Below, piece after piece: positions 47,420 to 57,740 of a DNA stretch of 64,000 nt. A program made the position numbers and the translations under genes. Source of the DNA: a virus (lineage: Duplodnaviria > Caudoviricetes); the IMG/VR virus record IMGVR_UViG_3300021426_000072, positions 1 to 64,000 of that record. One strand, written 5' to 3'. How positions within the stretch are numbered: the first letter of the stretch is position 1; each line of letters begins with the position of its first letter. The notes beneath the pieces are model-generated. The model saw only the letters and a program-made list of their open reading frames with translations, ran no database searches and was not told the origin of the DNA.

Positions 47420-48176
47420 TAGCCCTTTTTGCTTGCAGCTTTAGTGTTCCATACTCTTGATTAAGATCCAAACCTACAGCGTTAACATCCACAATTTCAT
47501 ATGTGTTATTACCCCAATCAAAATAGTGGCCTATTTTAATATTTCTTGTCTGCTCGTTAAATTGAACAGTCATAAGGGTAAGAACACCAGCGATTGTGCC
47601 GGGAGTAGAAGCAACAGCAACATATTCCGGTCTGCCATCGTACCGATAAGCGTTTGCAGGAATAGAATCAACAATTGTTTTCTTTAAAGGACTTTCATCA
47701 TAAGGACGCTCATATTTTTCACGGCTCAATAAATATCCATCTTGATCCACGACATAGCCTTCGTCATCTGTTTCAACTTCCTGATATTCATAAACAGTAA
47801 GTTTCATGTTGCATCTTAAAGCTCTTGAAGGCATGTTGTTGCTTTCTTTATTAATTGCCCAATCTAAAATATATATAGTTCCTTCTGGATCAATTAACAT
47901 ATCGCCTTTTCTAATTCCGCTAGTTAAAGAACATCTTATATTTAAATTATTATCTGTATTTTCATAACGACTTTTTGTAGAATCTGGATATATTTCTCCT
48001 CGAATATATTGTGGAGTATATCCATATAAGAATTTAGTGTACCAGTTATGTAAAAGTTCAAAATTCATAACAGTATTTGGTATATCATTATTTAAAAACT
48101 CATCAAAATCAGCGGCCAGTGTCTTTGGAATCCTGAACCGCTTGGTAGTACCTTGCGGTACATAAGGAACAGACAT
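47397..48176 (-). CDS. Putative head closure/stopper protein
   Basis: Position; IRKGD...YILDW...RCN pattern and C-terminal beta-barrel motif seen in SPbeta-like neck proteins. Confidence 0.55.
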   Translation of the reverse strand: MSVPYVPQGTTKRFRIPKTLAADFDEFLNNDIPNTVMNFELLHNWYTKFLYGYTPQYIRGEIYPDSTKSRYENTDNNLNIRCSLTSGIRKGDMLIDPEGTIYILDWAINKESNNMPSRALRCNMKLTVYEYQEVETDDEGYVVDQDGYLLSREKYERPYDESPLKKTIVDSIPANAYRYDGRPEYVAVASTPGTIAGVLTLMTVQFNEQTRNIKIGHYFDWGNNTYEIVDVNAVGLDLNQEYGTLKLQAKRANGGLHGY

Positions 48177-48188
48177 AGGCTCACCCTC

Positions 48189-48518
48189 TTATGGCATAGT
48201 TTTTGAGATAAATTCGTTAATAGACATACTATTAGCTTTAATCCCGTGATAAGATAAATTTTGAGGTAAACGCTGAATGGCATTTGCCTGATCGAGAATT
48301 TTATGCCGAATCTTATTAAACCTAGCAGTAAGTTCTTCAGGCCAATCTTTCTTTTGTTTATTTCCAGCAAAATAGTAAAAAGCGTCCTCAATGTCCATAA
48401 GAACACGCTTTAATTCAAGATTAAGCATTTCAGTATAATCTGGAAAGCTATATTCTTTTTCTACAACTGTTTCCAGATTTTTATTTTTATACTCAATTTT
48501 CACTTTAAACTCACTCAT
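48189..48518 (-). CDS. Hypothetical protein
   Basis: ORF with RBS in the neck block. Confidence 0.6.
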   Translation of the reverse strand: MSEFKVKIEYKNKNLETVVEKEYSFPDYTEMLNLELKRVLMDIEDAFYYFAGNKQKKDWPEELTARFNKIRHKILDQANAIQRLPQNLSYHGIKANSMSINEFISKTMP

Positions 48519-48530
48519 TTACCTTCACCC

Positions 48531-48965
48531 TTAAACCCCGCTTGTTTCGCGGGCCATCATTTTATGAAAAACCCGAATACGTTCAAGTTCAAGAGTATCA
48601 TATTCTTGTCTAACAGACTTATAACCTTCTTTCGCTCCGGTAACAGATAAAGCATCTGTCGTATAACTGATTGCTCCGTCACCAGACAAATCGGAAAGTA
48701 TTTGTGCTAAAAATTTCATTTTAGCAAGAATAAAAATATATTCTTCTTCAACAATATCAAAATCATAATCAAAAACAAGAACGTTATCTTCGGTCGTTGT
48801 GTACAAGGTTCTATCATAACTTTCAGGGTGATTTACATCGACAAAAAACTTTTTAATGGCCTGAACGATAAACTTTACATAATCTTCAGGCGAAAATGGA
48901 TATGCAGACTTACGCAACGAATTTTCAGCTTGAAGATCGTTCGCCATCTCTTTAATGTCGAGCAT
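48531..48965 (-). CDS. Putative head-tail adaptor
   Basis: Helical protein of about 145 aa, two genes after the capsid gene; ISYTTDALSV hairpin. Confidence 0.55.
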   Translation of the reverse strand: MLDIKEMANDLQAENSLRKSAYPFSPEDYVKFIVQAIKKFFVDVNHPESYDRTLYTTTEDNVLVFDYDFDIVEEEYIFILAKMKFLAQILSDLSGDGAISYTTDALSVTGAKEGYKSVRQEYDTLELERIRVFHKMMARETSGV

Positions 48966-48985
48966 TTAAATCACTCCTTTTTAAG

Positions 48986-49498
48986 TTAATTATTGTCGGA
49001 GGCTTCTTCTCCAAGCAGATCCCGTGCAGGCATTTTAGACTGAAGCAGTTTTAATTTGCTGGCTGGTAAATCCATGATCTTACCAACTTCCCAAATTTCA
49101 TGCAGTTCCACAGGATCATCGATTTTAGAGATCCACGATTTGAATGAGGCAAAAGGCTTATTCAGCATTTCCATGATTTCATCTGAATCACGATGAGGTT
49201 CGGCGGATTCATCAGTAAAACCACCAAGCTGTTCAAGACTTAACTCATGCCCTTGCTCATCTACCGGTACTAACATTTTCCTAGAAAAAAACTTTTTACG
49301 ATTGCAGATACTCTCAATATAGAGAATATCGTTAACGGAGAGCATAACAAAACTGCCCGGTTTAATGTTGGCAGATAGAATACCGTTGCTCATAGTCACG
49401 CCGATGTCATGAGAACAGCGATTGTATACACGAAATTTCATATCTCCGTTGAAAATTTTGGGTTCATTCATATTGCTCATTTCCTTCATACCTTTCAT
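48986..49498 (-). CDS. Hypothetical head-associated protein
   Basis: ORF directly after the major capsid gene. Confidence 0.6.
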   Translation of the reverse strand: MKGMKEMSNMNEPKIFNGDMKFRVYNRCSHDIGVTMSNGILSANIKPGSFVMLSVNDILYIESICNRKKFFSRKMLVPVDEQGHELSLEQLGGFTDESAEPHRDSDEIMEMLNKPFASFKSWISKIDDPVELHEIWEVGKIMDLPASKLKLLQSKMPARDLLGEEASDNN

Positions 49499-49505
49499 TG
49501 AATAA

Positions 49506-49532
49506 GGAGAGGGGCTCTAAGAGCCCCTCTCC
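49506..49532 (-). terminator. Hairpin/terminator after the major capsid gene
   Basis: GGAGAGGGGCTC / GAGCCCCTCTCC. Confidence 0.7.
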
Positions 49533-49540
49533 GTTGTCGT

Positions 49541-50539
49541 TTAACCAATCTCGTAAGCACCGATAGTCGGAACGCTGCCGACAACCCAAGCCGCACCAAA
49601 GCGCTGAGACAGTTCAGTCTCGAACGTATGGTCGTCAATGGTCTGCTGAGTCATGCTGAAAGTCGGGCCTTCATTCAGGACTTTCAGGTTCCGCTGATCG
49701 TTGGAAACACCAGCAGAGATGATGTAAATCCAGTCAGGATCGAGAATAGGCGTGGTCTTGCCATCTTCATATGCATTAACCATCTGCACAACACCACAGC
49801 CATTGTAACGGCCCAGATAACCGTTGTTGTTCTTCTCATCGATCATACTGCCAGAATACTGAATGCTGTTGGCGTTTACAGGAGCACCAGCCAGACCAAA
49901 CAGTCCTTCAACAGCAGCAGCGTCGCCCACCAGGGAAACACCGCCCAAACGCTTGAAGTACTGAAGTTGAGCATCCAGAGTAGCCTTAACAATACCCGTA
50001 CCAGTACCATAGAAAGGAGAACTGTACTGGGCAATCGCATTATGCAGAACCTGCTCAACATGCTTCAGTTTCAGCATCGTGAATTCTTTATTGGCATCAC
50101 GAATCAGATCGGGCATGTTGATACGGCCCATGCGGATATCCCAAACATTGATAGCGGGACGAGCAGCGATTTCAAAGGTATTGATAGAGAACTGACGATC
50201 AGTCACATAGCTACGAGCAGTAGTAGCACCGGTAGCCTGAATGAACGCCTTGATACCAGCAGTCTTCATCCGATACATCGGACGATCACCCAGTCCGACA
50301 TTGCGGATATCAGCAAAGGTCTCCATGAAATTCAGGGAATTCTGTTGCAGTTCATTGATGGTGAACGCAATGATCTGACCGATCTGATACATGTTCTGAG
50401 GATTCATTTCCTGAGCCAGTTCGTTTACGATAGCGGAAGCCTCTTCCACCTTATCGGAATCAACAGATTCACGACGAACCTGAGCAGCCATTACTTTAAT
50501 GAGCTTGCTGTCATTCTTAACTTCGATAGCCATTGTCAT
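49541..50539 (-). CDS. Major capsid protein
   Basis: Position after protease and decoration genes; FADIRNVGLGD and GYLGRYNG motifs; strong codon bias. Confidence 0.85.
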   Translation of the reverse strand: MTMAIEVKNDSKLIKVMAAQVRRESVDSDKVEEASAIVNELAQEMNPQNMYQIGQIIAFTINELQQNSLNFMETFADIRNVGLGDRPMYRMKTAGIKAFIQATGATTARSYVTDRQFSINTFEIAARPAINVWDIRMGRINMPDLIRDANKEFTMLKLKHVEQVLHNAIAQYSSPFYGTGTGIVKATLDAQLQYFKRLGGVSLVGDAAAVEGLFGLAGAPVNANSIQYSGSMIDEKNNNGYLGRYNGCGVVQMVNAYEDGKTTPILDPDWIYIISAGVSNDQRNLKVLNEGPTFSMTQQTIDDHTFETELSQRFGAAWVVGSVPTIGAYEIG

Positions 50540-50547
50540 TCACCTCC

Positions 50548-50982
50548 TTAACCAATAGTACCGTCAGCCTTCAGAGAGTACACAGTACCCACCACAGGCG
50601 TCCCGGTCACACAAGTAGTAACAAACTCTTCACCAAGCAGTAAAGCATGAGCCCGCATCAGTTCACCAACAGGCTGCACGTAATTCCGCTTGTCGTACTC
50701 CTGGTAGTCTTCCACGTTGAACTGGAAGCTGTTTTCTACGAGGAAATGCCGCTTGCCGATTTCCTGAACTTGGAAACGATAAGCAACCACACCGCCGTAA
50801 ATGTCCGTAACTTCCATGCACAGGAACTTCGCATTGCTGTCCGCAGCAGGCAGTACGAACGAATCGGCGTTATTGCCAGTGCCCTGATCCATAATGAGAC
50901 CATTCGGAACAGGATTGGCGGCGCCGTTCTTCAGGGTGCCTTCATAGACATAACCCTGTAACTTAGTCATATAGCCAGCCAT
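50548..50982 (-). CDS. Putative capsid decoration protein
   Basis: 144 aa, between protease and capsid genes; same codon bias. Confidence 0.6.
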   Translation of the reverse strand: MAGYMTKLQGYVYEGTLKNGAANPVPNGLIMDQGTGNNADSFVLPAADSNAKFLCMEVTDIYGGVVAYRFQVQEIGKRHFLVENSFQFNVEDYQEYDKRNYVQPVGELMRAHALLLGEEFVTTCVTGTPVVGTVYSLKADGTIG

Positions 50983-51020
50983 AGCTAGTCATTCCTTTCA
51001 TAAGAAATAATCTCTGTTGA

Positions 51021-52250
51021 TTACTTTTCAAGCAGAGAATAATTTGTTCTGGGAGTTTCGCTTTCAAGTAAAGAATATTTCTTCGTAGAAGAAAGATCTC
51101 CCATAAACGGATTGATTTCCGCCGTAACTGTAGTCTTTTCAGCCGTCACTTTGGCTTGTTTCATTTCCTCAATTTCGGCTTTAAGAGCTGCTACGACCTC
51201 TGATAACTCAGCGATCATTTGTTCAGCGGTCTTCTTTTGTTCCACATCGATGACAGGCGGGTCTTCTTCAGCAGTTTCATCGCCAGGATCATCAGAGGGA
51301 TCATCTGAACCTGAATCATCTCCAGATTCAGAAGAATCGTTGCCAGAATCTTCTGCCGCATCTCCATCTGGAGCTTCAGCAATTTCAGATTCTGCAACAT
51401 GGATACCGTCAGTTGTTTCAACCAGAGTACCCTCTTCTACTTGACTTGTCTCGGTGGAAACGCTTACAGACTGACGAACTTCTTTGCCCGTTTCTGTATC
51501 ATAAGCCACCTGAACATGTGTTTCGTCGTGGTATTCCCGTGTAACAACAGCAGCATTTTCATTAGTGGTTTCAGGATTTTCCTGTTCACCGGTTTCTTGT
51601 TCAGCCACAACAGGCTGAGTGACTTCAGTTTCAGCAACTTCAGTCTTGGCTTTGGCTCCTGTCATTTCACTCTCGCCTCCTTCGGCTTCATCTGCTTTCT
51701 GTGCCACTAATTCTAGTGCCACAGCTTCTTCGCAGGCAGGATAGGTTACAATAGCTGTACCTTCCAGATAATTGTGTTCAGACGCATCAATAAGGATCGT
51801 TTCATCATCAAGTTCATCATATTCTCCAACGGCGACTTCAAAAGAGAACTTTAAAGCACCTTCGGCAAACAGCTCAGAAATAGCTTTACTCAATTTGCGA
51901 TTACGCTTAGGAATTCTGGCATAGCCAATTAAGGCGCAAGAATCTCCGTTGACTTCTTTTTCAAACTTGTAAAAAGATCCGATTTGCGTCGAATGAAACT
52001 CGCCTGTTTTTTCGTCATACAGATGACCAAGGCGATTGTAGTTTCCGTTGATTAAAGCCTTTTTATCGGCATACAACGGAAGCCCAACATACCGTGCTTC
52101 ATTACCTACAATTTCATCAATGAACGCTTCAGTAACTCTCGCACCATTAAGATTCGCCTGTGGTGCTTCACAGATGCGGGCCTTCACAGTCATATAGATG
52201 TCTGACTGTTGAATTTCGGAGATGACAGAAGCAAAAACAAATTTACTCAT
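51021..52250 (-). CDS. Prohead protease/scaffold
   Basis: ANLNG, LGHL, LKFSFEV, IVTYPAC motifs followed by an acidic tail; RBS GGGGAG before ATG 52250. Confidence 0.75.
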   Translation of the reverse strand: MSKFVFASVISEIQQSDIYMTVKARICEAPQANLNGARVTEAFIDEIVGNEARYVGLPLYADKKALINGNYNRLGHLYDEKTGEFHSTQIGSFYKFEKEVNGDSCALIGYARIPKRNRKLSKAISELFAEGALKFSFEVAVGEYDELDDETILIDASEHNYLEGTAIVTYPACEEAVALELVAQKADEAEGGESEMTGAKAKTEVAETEVTQPVVAEQETGEQENPETTNENAAVVTREYHDETHVQVAYDTETGKEVRQSVSVSTETSQVEEGTLVETTDGIHVAESEIAEAPDGDAAEDSGNDSSESGDDSGSDDPSDDPGDETAEEDPPVIDVEQKKTAEQMIAELSEVVAALKAEIEEMKQAKVTAEKTTVTAEINPFMGDLSSTKKYSLLESETPRTNYSLLEK

Positions 52251-52381
52251 ATCCATTCTCCCTTTGCTTTCGCGTTCAGTGGGGGAAGACAAAGAGCGCT
52301 CAAGCGAATCTATGGTAAACACCATAAGGTGTAACCATTAAAATAAGCGGGACTTACACCCGAAGGATGCCCGCATTTCTG

Positions 52382-53938
52382 TTATTCATTTCCCATAGAT
52401 CCTTCTGGATTAGAAGGCTTCGGCTGTTTACCTCGAATTGCAGCTTCTGGATCAGATTTTCTTTCTGAATCATCTACTGGATTGCGACCAGCTTCATTCT
52501 GTGCGCTGGCTTCAACATCCCGTGGAGCCATAATCTTATCTGTTCCATCTGACTTTTCCTGTTCTCTCTTCTTTCTTTCTCTTTCCAGAGAATAGCCCTC
52601 AGATTTAGACATTGTGTCAGTAGAGATAACGCCTTTCTCCCAAAGTTCAAGAGCTTTTTCACGAAGGGCTTTCTTTCCTTCGATAGAGAGAGGCTGGAAA
52701 TGGAATTCAGGAATCTGTTTAAGATTATAAGTTCCGGGGATACTTTCAGTAAGACGCTCATTAATCTTGGTCATCATTTCGCAGAACTCTTTTCGGAAAG
52801 CTTCGATACGAGCTTCCGCTGTTTGAGTTGAAACCTGCGCAGATGCAAAAGTAGAGCCGTCTTCTGAAACACCAGTCACAAGAACTCCGCTAATACCTCC
52901 GGCAGAAAGAATATCGTTATTGACGTTTCTGTATTTATCCCATTGAAATAAGTCATCCATGTCAAACTGAATTGTTTCTGCTGAAGCTAAATGGTTTGTA
53001 ACAGCCACAGGAGTTCCACTCATTGCCTGAATAAAAATCCTTCTGACTTTCGACAGCTGCGGTTCATCAGGCAAAATATCGTTTGTTTTAGAACTTTCAC
53101 CATACTTAACATGAACAAAACTTCTTTTGCCGATATTGAGCATGGCATCTTCATAACTGGAGATGAGTTCTTTCTTGGCAAGAGGCCGTAAAGCAGAAGC
53201 AATAAAAGGAATTGCATACTTTTTCCATGTTTCTTTCGGACCTTGTAAGACAAAGGTATAATCAGGATTAAGCTGTGCATACTGCTTATTAGCTTTAACT
53301 GCTTTTTGGATTTCCTCTGGATAACCTTTTAAAACATAATCACGATTGCTATCCTTAACCTTTTCATCAATGCTGTAAGATTTAGTCTCAATTTCATTGA
53401 TAATGCTTTGACAGTCAAAGTCAACAATCGGTGTTCCATTAAAGGTTGTATTACCAATTCTCCATTTATTAACAGGAAGAGTAATTAAGTCACCGTCTTT
53501 TAAATAACAACAGACATTATTAAACTTCCAAAGTTCAAGCATGATTGCGTCGATCTTTTCTCTGAGCCGCATACGTTTATATTGCTGCTCGAAAAGTTCA
53601 TATGTTTTTTCATTTGACTTAGTAAGGAACCAGTCCGAACAAGTAGAAAAGGGAACAAACACATGATAAATCATGCCATGAACAATAGGATCGGCATCAG
53701 AATAATAATCAGCCAACTGATAAAAAGACTGAATATTAGCCTGCTTATCTCTTAAAAGCGAAACATAGTCGAAAGACGATAGTTCACCAGAAAATGTGAA
53801 ATTGGAATTAGAGAAAGCTTGAATAGTGTCCTCACCTGAAGCTGGCTTTTCAACTCCAACCACGATCTCTTTCTGTTCCTGAGGCTTACTCGCCACAATT
53901 GGTTCGGCCCGGTTAAAGAACCGATCAAATAACGCCAT
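52382..53938 (-). CDS. Portal protein
   Basis: 518 aa directly after the large terminase; YAIPF, DKYRNVNNDILSAGGI motifs. Confidence 0.8.
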   Translation of the reverse strand: MALFDRFFNRAEPIVASKPQEQKEIVVGVEKPASGEDTIQAFSNSNFTFSGELSSFDYVSLLRDKQANIQSFYQLADYYSDADPIVHGMIYHVFVPFSTCSDWFLTKSNEKTYELFEQQYKRMRLREKIDAIMLELWKFNNVCCYLKDGDLITLPVNKWRIGNTTFNGTPIVDFDCQSIINEIETKSYSIDEKVKDSNRDYVLKGYPEEIQKAVKANKQYAQLNPDYTFVLQGPKETWKKYAIPFIASALRPLAKKELISSYEDAMLNIGKRSFVHVKYGESSKTNDILPDEPQLSKVRRIFIQAMSGTPVAVTNHLASAETIQFDMDDLFQWDKYRNVNNDILSAGGISGVLVTGVSEDGSTFASAQVSTQTAEARIEAFRKEFCEMMTKINERLTESIPGTYNLKQIPEFHFQPLSIEGKKALREKALELWEKGVISTDTMSKSEGYSLERERKKREQEKSDGTDKIMAPRDVEASAQNEAGRNPVDDSERKSDPEAAIRGKQPKPSNPEGSMGNE

Positions 53939-53957
53939 CGGGCTTCAGCCCCCTTTC

Positions 53958-55649
53958 TTAAAAACGATTGAACGTTTTAATAATATTTTTTGAAAAACCA
54001 TCATCAAATCCGCCTGTAACGCCTATACACTCACGACCATGCTGATGCAGTTTAATACTGACCTTTTCAAGTTCGGAGATATAGTCATTACCCATAGCAA
54101 GTGCTGAATAACGGTCTTTATGCATCGTAGACTTAGGTACGTCATAAATGAAGTTACCGCTTGCGCCTACTCTGGCAACAATATTGCCCATTTCAATCTG
54201 AAGAGCGTCTGCCTCAATAAAATTGGCAAACTCTTCTTTTGAAAATTTCTTTTCGGATTCTTCCTGTTTTTCCCTCATGATTCTGGAAGAAATAGGAAGC
54301 TCTATTGTCTGCTTTTCAAGAGCAACTCTTAAATTTGTATAGATTCTCTGGTTAAGCTGATTGACAGCCCTGAAAGGATGCAAAGCCTGAACAGCGTCCG
54401 GGTTGGTTAAAGGTTCATCATCTACAACCAACGGCGGATACTCCCTCCCGGATTCACCGTCAATCCATGCCTTGTCAAAGAATCTGTCGAAACTATCACC
54501 TATGCCCCTTGCGTCGTAAACAATCTTTTCAGTATTAGGGAATTTAATGTGATAGTACTTTCTGACTGTTTCTGCGAGATAGTCCAAAGGAATACCATTA
54601 AAGGAACGCAAATGGACAACCTGCTTACTGAAAGACCCGTCTTTCTTTTCATTAAACTTATGTACAACCAAAACACTATTGTCTGATCCTTTGGCTTTGG
54701 ATGTAGCTATATCCAACGAAATAATATACCGGGACTTAGAGCCTTTCGGCTGTTCCATTTCAATGTTGGATAAAGTACGACAACTTTGGACAAGATCAAA
54801 TGGAAGAGCTGAATCTTCAGAAGACCCAAGGAATTTTGACTCATATTCCATTTGGAACGTTGTCTCAGGAATACTGTCCTTTTCTTCCATGTAGTACTTC
54901 TCTTTGGTTAAACCTTCCGCAATTGGGGTCTTGTAATGCAGCACACAAGCAAAATAAGACTTGTCTCCAGAAGCCATCCGCTGAACAATACGTTCGAATT
55001 CTTTAAAGAATTCATAGTTCTTTGGACAGGCAGAAGTAATATAGATGATCTTGGAATCAAAATCATCAAAACCAAAAGCCCGAGGATTATAGCGGGTTTC
55101 GTTTCTTGTGGGCTTCGCAACTTCCTGAAGAATCTTCATATCCACATCACGAGCTTCATCCACAATAAGAAGCTTACATCGATAAGATCTGGCACGGGCA
55201 ATAGGAACTGATTTAATTGTGCTGCCGTTCTTCAGCATGATATTGGACTCGTCTTTACTAATAGAAACATATGTCTTTGCGTTAGTCGGACGAATTTCAT
55301 TCCTGACGTTTTCGTTCTCATTGCAAAGATCACGTATCTTTTCAGCAATACGAGTAGCCTGGTCTGCCGTAGGAGCAACAACAAGAATAGAAGTTCCGGG
55401 ATAAAGAGAACCAAGGGAAATAGCAATAAATGCCGTCAGCCATGTTTTACCATACCCACGAGGAGCAACAATAGCCGATGTAGTAGCATTACCAACCCCA
55501 CGAGCAATAACATGCTGAATTGGAGTAAGCTTTACAGGAGCAAAGGCACTCTCAATATACATATCCATATGGGTACGGAAATAGATTATCTGTTCTTCTA
55601 TTACGTCCCAGTTGGTGATTGTGCCGTTTTGTCTTCGGGTGTCAATCAT
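53958..55649 (-). CDS. terL: Terminase large subunit
   Basis: Walker A APRGYGKT, Walker B LLIVDEAR, YITSA, nuclease SLDIA...KDRYSAL. Confidence 0.95.
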   Translation of the reverse strand: MIDTRRQNGTITNWDVIEEQIIYFRTHMDMYIESAFAPVKLTPIQHVIARGVGNATTSAIVAPRGYGKTWLTAFIAISLGSLYPGTSILVVAPTADQATRIAEKIRDLCNENENVRNEIRPTNAKTYVSISKDESNIMLKNGSTIKSVPIARARSYRCKLLIVDEARDVDMKILQEVAKPTRNETRYNPRAFGFDDFDSKIIYITSACPKNYEFFKEFERIVQRMASGDKSYFACVLHYKTPIAEGLTKEKYYMEEKDSIPETTFQMEYESKFLGSSEDSALPFDLVQSCRTLSNIEMEQPKGSKSRYIISLDIATSKAKGSDNSVLVVHKFNEKKDGSFSKQVVHLRSFNGIPLDYLAETVRKYYHIKFPNTEKIVYDARGIGDSFDRFFDKAWIDGESGREYPPLVVDDEPLTNPDAVQALHPFRAVNQLNQRIYTNLRVALEKQTIELPISSRIMREKQEESEKKFSKEEFANFIEADALQIEMGNIVARVGASGNFIYDVPKSTMHKDRYSALAMGNDYISELEKVSIKLHQHGRECIGVTGGFDDGFSKNIIKTFNRF

Positions 55650-56584
55650 ACTGTCTCACCCGGCTCTTCTGTATAGTCTTCGTCCTTCATTGAATAAACA
55701 ATATACGCAAGCCCGTCTAAAGCTGCATCAACAACATCCTTTTCCCATTCAATTTTCTTAACGCATGGGTGACCGTGAGTTTCGCAGTACAAAGTTGTTT
55801 CAGCCCAGTTGTTTAAAACATTCTTATCTCCGGGTTTACGTTTACACGCAGCAAAGTTACCTGTTTTCATCAACAGATCCAGCACAGCATTCGCATCTTT
55901 TACGTCCTGCAAGGTGCATCTGCCCATCATATAATCGTTCAGTGCCTTATCGGCAAGCAAGGACGCTTTTGCCGCTTTTTTTGCCGTATCTCTCAAGGCG
56001 GTGTCGGAAAGATCAAAATCCTCTTCCAAACCTTTATAGTAAGTTTCAAGATATTCAAGTTCCTGTTCTTTAAACTCACCGTTAAAAAACTCATTATAAG
56101 TTTTAACGTTTTTGTCTTTAGACTTGGAAGAGCTTTCTTCGACTATCTTTCCGGTTTCCTTTGCTTCGTCATAGTTATTTGCGTTTACGTCAGACGTATG
56201 GTCTTCGTACTTATAGTTTTGACTTAACCTGAAAAGCTCCGGCATAACAGAACAGGCAATATGCTCAAGCAATACCTGTTTTCTGTCTTCATTTGATTTT
56301 TGATAAACACTGGACTTCGCCGCTTCAAGTTTTGCCTTTTCAATAGCATTTGACCATACGTTTTCTTTCCATTGCCGATTATTCTCCCAAAAGTATCTGC
56401 GCATTTCATCTTTTGACTGAATTTTGGCAACACATGATTTGCACCATTTGTCTTTTTTGCCGTTTTCCAGCCAGTCTTTATTCGCAAAAAATGCAGACAA
56501 AGGTTTTGTCTGGTTACAGTGCAAACAAAGACGAGTCTGCGCTGGCGGGGTAGAACCTCTCGGTTTAGAAACAATATAAGGCAT
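55646..56584 (-). CDS. Zinc-finger protein, probable terminase small subunit
   Basis: CLHC...WCKSC; overlaps the terL start. Confidence 0.6.
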   Translation of the reverse strand: MPYIVSKPRGSTPPAQTRLCLHCNQTKPLSAFFANKDWLENGKKDKWCKSCVAKIQSKDEMRRYFWENNRQWKENVWSNAIEKAKLEAAKSSVYQKSNEDRKQVLLEHIACSVMPELFRLSQNYKYEDHTSDVNANNYDEAKETGKIVEESSSKSKDKNVKTYNEFFNGEFKEQELEYLETYYKGLEEDFDLSDTALRDTAKKAAKASLLADKALNDYMMGRCTLQDVKDANAVLDLLMKTGNFAACKRKPGDKNVLNNWAETTLYCETHGHPCVKKIEWEKDVVDAALDGLAYIVYSMKDEDYTEEPGETV

Positions 56585-56589
56585 TCAGA

Positions 56590-56937
56590 TCACTCCGAAC
56601 CTTCCAGAACGTCTTTAACTTCCTCGTCTGATACATCCAACAGTTTCTTTTCCGGTTCAGTAAGATCTTCTTTCTTAACTTTAATATAGCCCTTTTCAAG
56701 CGGCATACTTTCAACCGTCTTAAAGAATCTTTCATTACGAACCTGATTGTAAAATTCTGCCAGAGCAAGGAACAGTTCCGGCGTTTTTTCATACTTGTAT
56801 TTAATAATATGGTACTTAGGATGTTTTTTAGCGTAAACGTAAGCAATTCCCTTATCTTCAAGGAACTGAACTTCACGTTTCCACTGAGTGGAATACTCTT
56901 TATCAAATACATACTTCGGAATCTTGGATTCACTCAT
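56590..56937 (-). CDS. Hypothetical protein, first gene of the late operon
   Basis: RBS GGAG before ATG 56937; FLEDKGI...YKYEKTPEL..AL. Confidence 0.65.
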   Translation of the reverse strand: MSESKIPKYVFDKEYSTQWKREVQFLEDKGIAYVYAKKHPKYHIIKYKYEKTPELFLALAEFYNQVRNERFFKTVESMPLEKGYIKVKKEDLTEPEKKLLDVSDEEVKDVLEGSE

Positions 56938-56974
56938 AATAATCACTCCGTTAATCATTAATTAGGAGATATTC

Positions 56975-57000
56975 TCCCTTATAGTGTTTTTGGAAAGACA
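56975..57000 (-). promoter_or_regulatory. Candidate late promoter, class II (TGTCTTTCCAAAAACACTATAAGGGA)
   Basis: About 40 nt before the first late gene; shares AAAAA-N2-3-CTATAAGGGA with 63597-63623. Confidence 0.5.
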
Positions 57001-57127
57001 CGCTTTAAAAAGATAAGAAAATGAATATTATGAGTACTATTTATTTTCATTTGATTGCATTTTCTTTTTGGAATGTCGAATGGTTTTTAAAAAACGAACG
57101 CAGTGAGTCATAAACATAAATAAAACC

Positions 57128-57174
57128 AAAAAAAGGGGACAAACATATTGATACAGAATTCTGTCCCCTTTTTT
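57128..57174. terminator. Bidirectional terminator-like hairpin in the strand-switch region
   Basis: AAAAAAAGGGGACA / TGTCCCCTTTTTT. Confidence 0.7.
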
Positions 57175-57176
57175 AT

Positions 57177-57250
57177 TTTGAAAAGAGGTTTGGAAATTAA
57201 AAAGAATTGGAATTTGAAGAGAGGTTTGAAAATTTAAAAAAGTGTTGGAA
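57177..57250 (+). repeat. Imperfect tandem direct repeat (two units of ~37 bp) rich in TTGGAA/TTTGAA
   Basis: TTTGAAAAGAGGTTTGGAAATTAAAAAGAATTGGAA versus TTTGAAGAGAGGTTTGAAAATTTAAAAAAGTGTTGGAA. Confidence 0.7.
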
Positions 57251-57431
57251 TGGAACTGAAGTGAAGGAATTCCAGCGTCTGAAAGTTTTTCAGCGTAAAT
57301 TGGACGACGTTGGAACACAATCTGTAGCCTGATCAACTGTAGATTGCAAACTCTTTATCAGTAAATGTGCTGATAAGACAAAAAAGCGTTCATTTTAACA
57401 AAAATGACGCTAAAAAGAAAGGGGAATACTC

Positions 57432-57740
57432 ATGAACAACCTGATTCTCTTCATTGTCTGGTGTGCCTCGATTGCTGGCGACTTCAAAACCTACGTTGTC
57501 GCCGCCGAAAACGAAGAAAATGCTGTAAAAACCATCCCACTTTTCATGCGGCAGGACTTCGAAGTCTCTTTTGCGAGCTTAGATCAGGCTTGCGACTATG
57601 GATGCAAGTACATCGGTGACGATACGGTCATATTCGAAGACAAGTTTTTCGTATACAACACAAAGACAAAACGACTTGAGTTTGATTCTCTCGTTAATTA
57701 TGACGTAAGACCAGACCTCAAGTCCGCTAATCCCACCTGA
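57432..57740 (+). CDS. Hypothetical early protein
   Basis: RBS AAGGGG; its stop codon lies inside the hammerhead core. Confidence 0.7.
   Translation: MNNLILFIVWCASIAGDFKTYVVAAENEENAVKTIPLFMRQDFEVSFASLDQACDYGCKYIGDDTVIFEDKFFVYNTKTKRLEFDSLVNYDVRPDLKSANPT

Noticed and set aside
49628-50551. 307-aa plus-strand ORF
   Set aside because: Antisense shadow of the codon-biased major capsid gene
56973-56987. CACTATAAGGGAGA resembles the end of a T7 promoter
   Set aside because: The upstream TAATACGACT is absent and no T7-type RNAP is encoded here; treated as part of the class II motif instead
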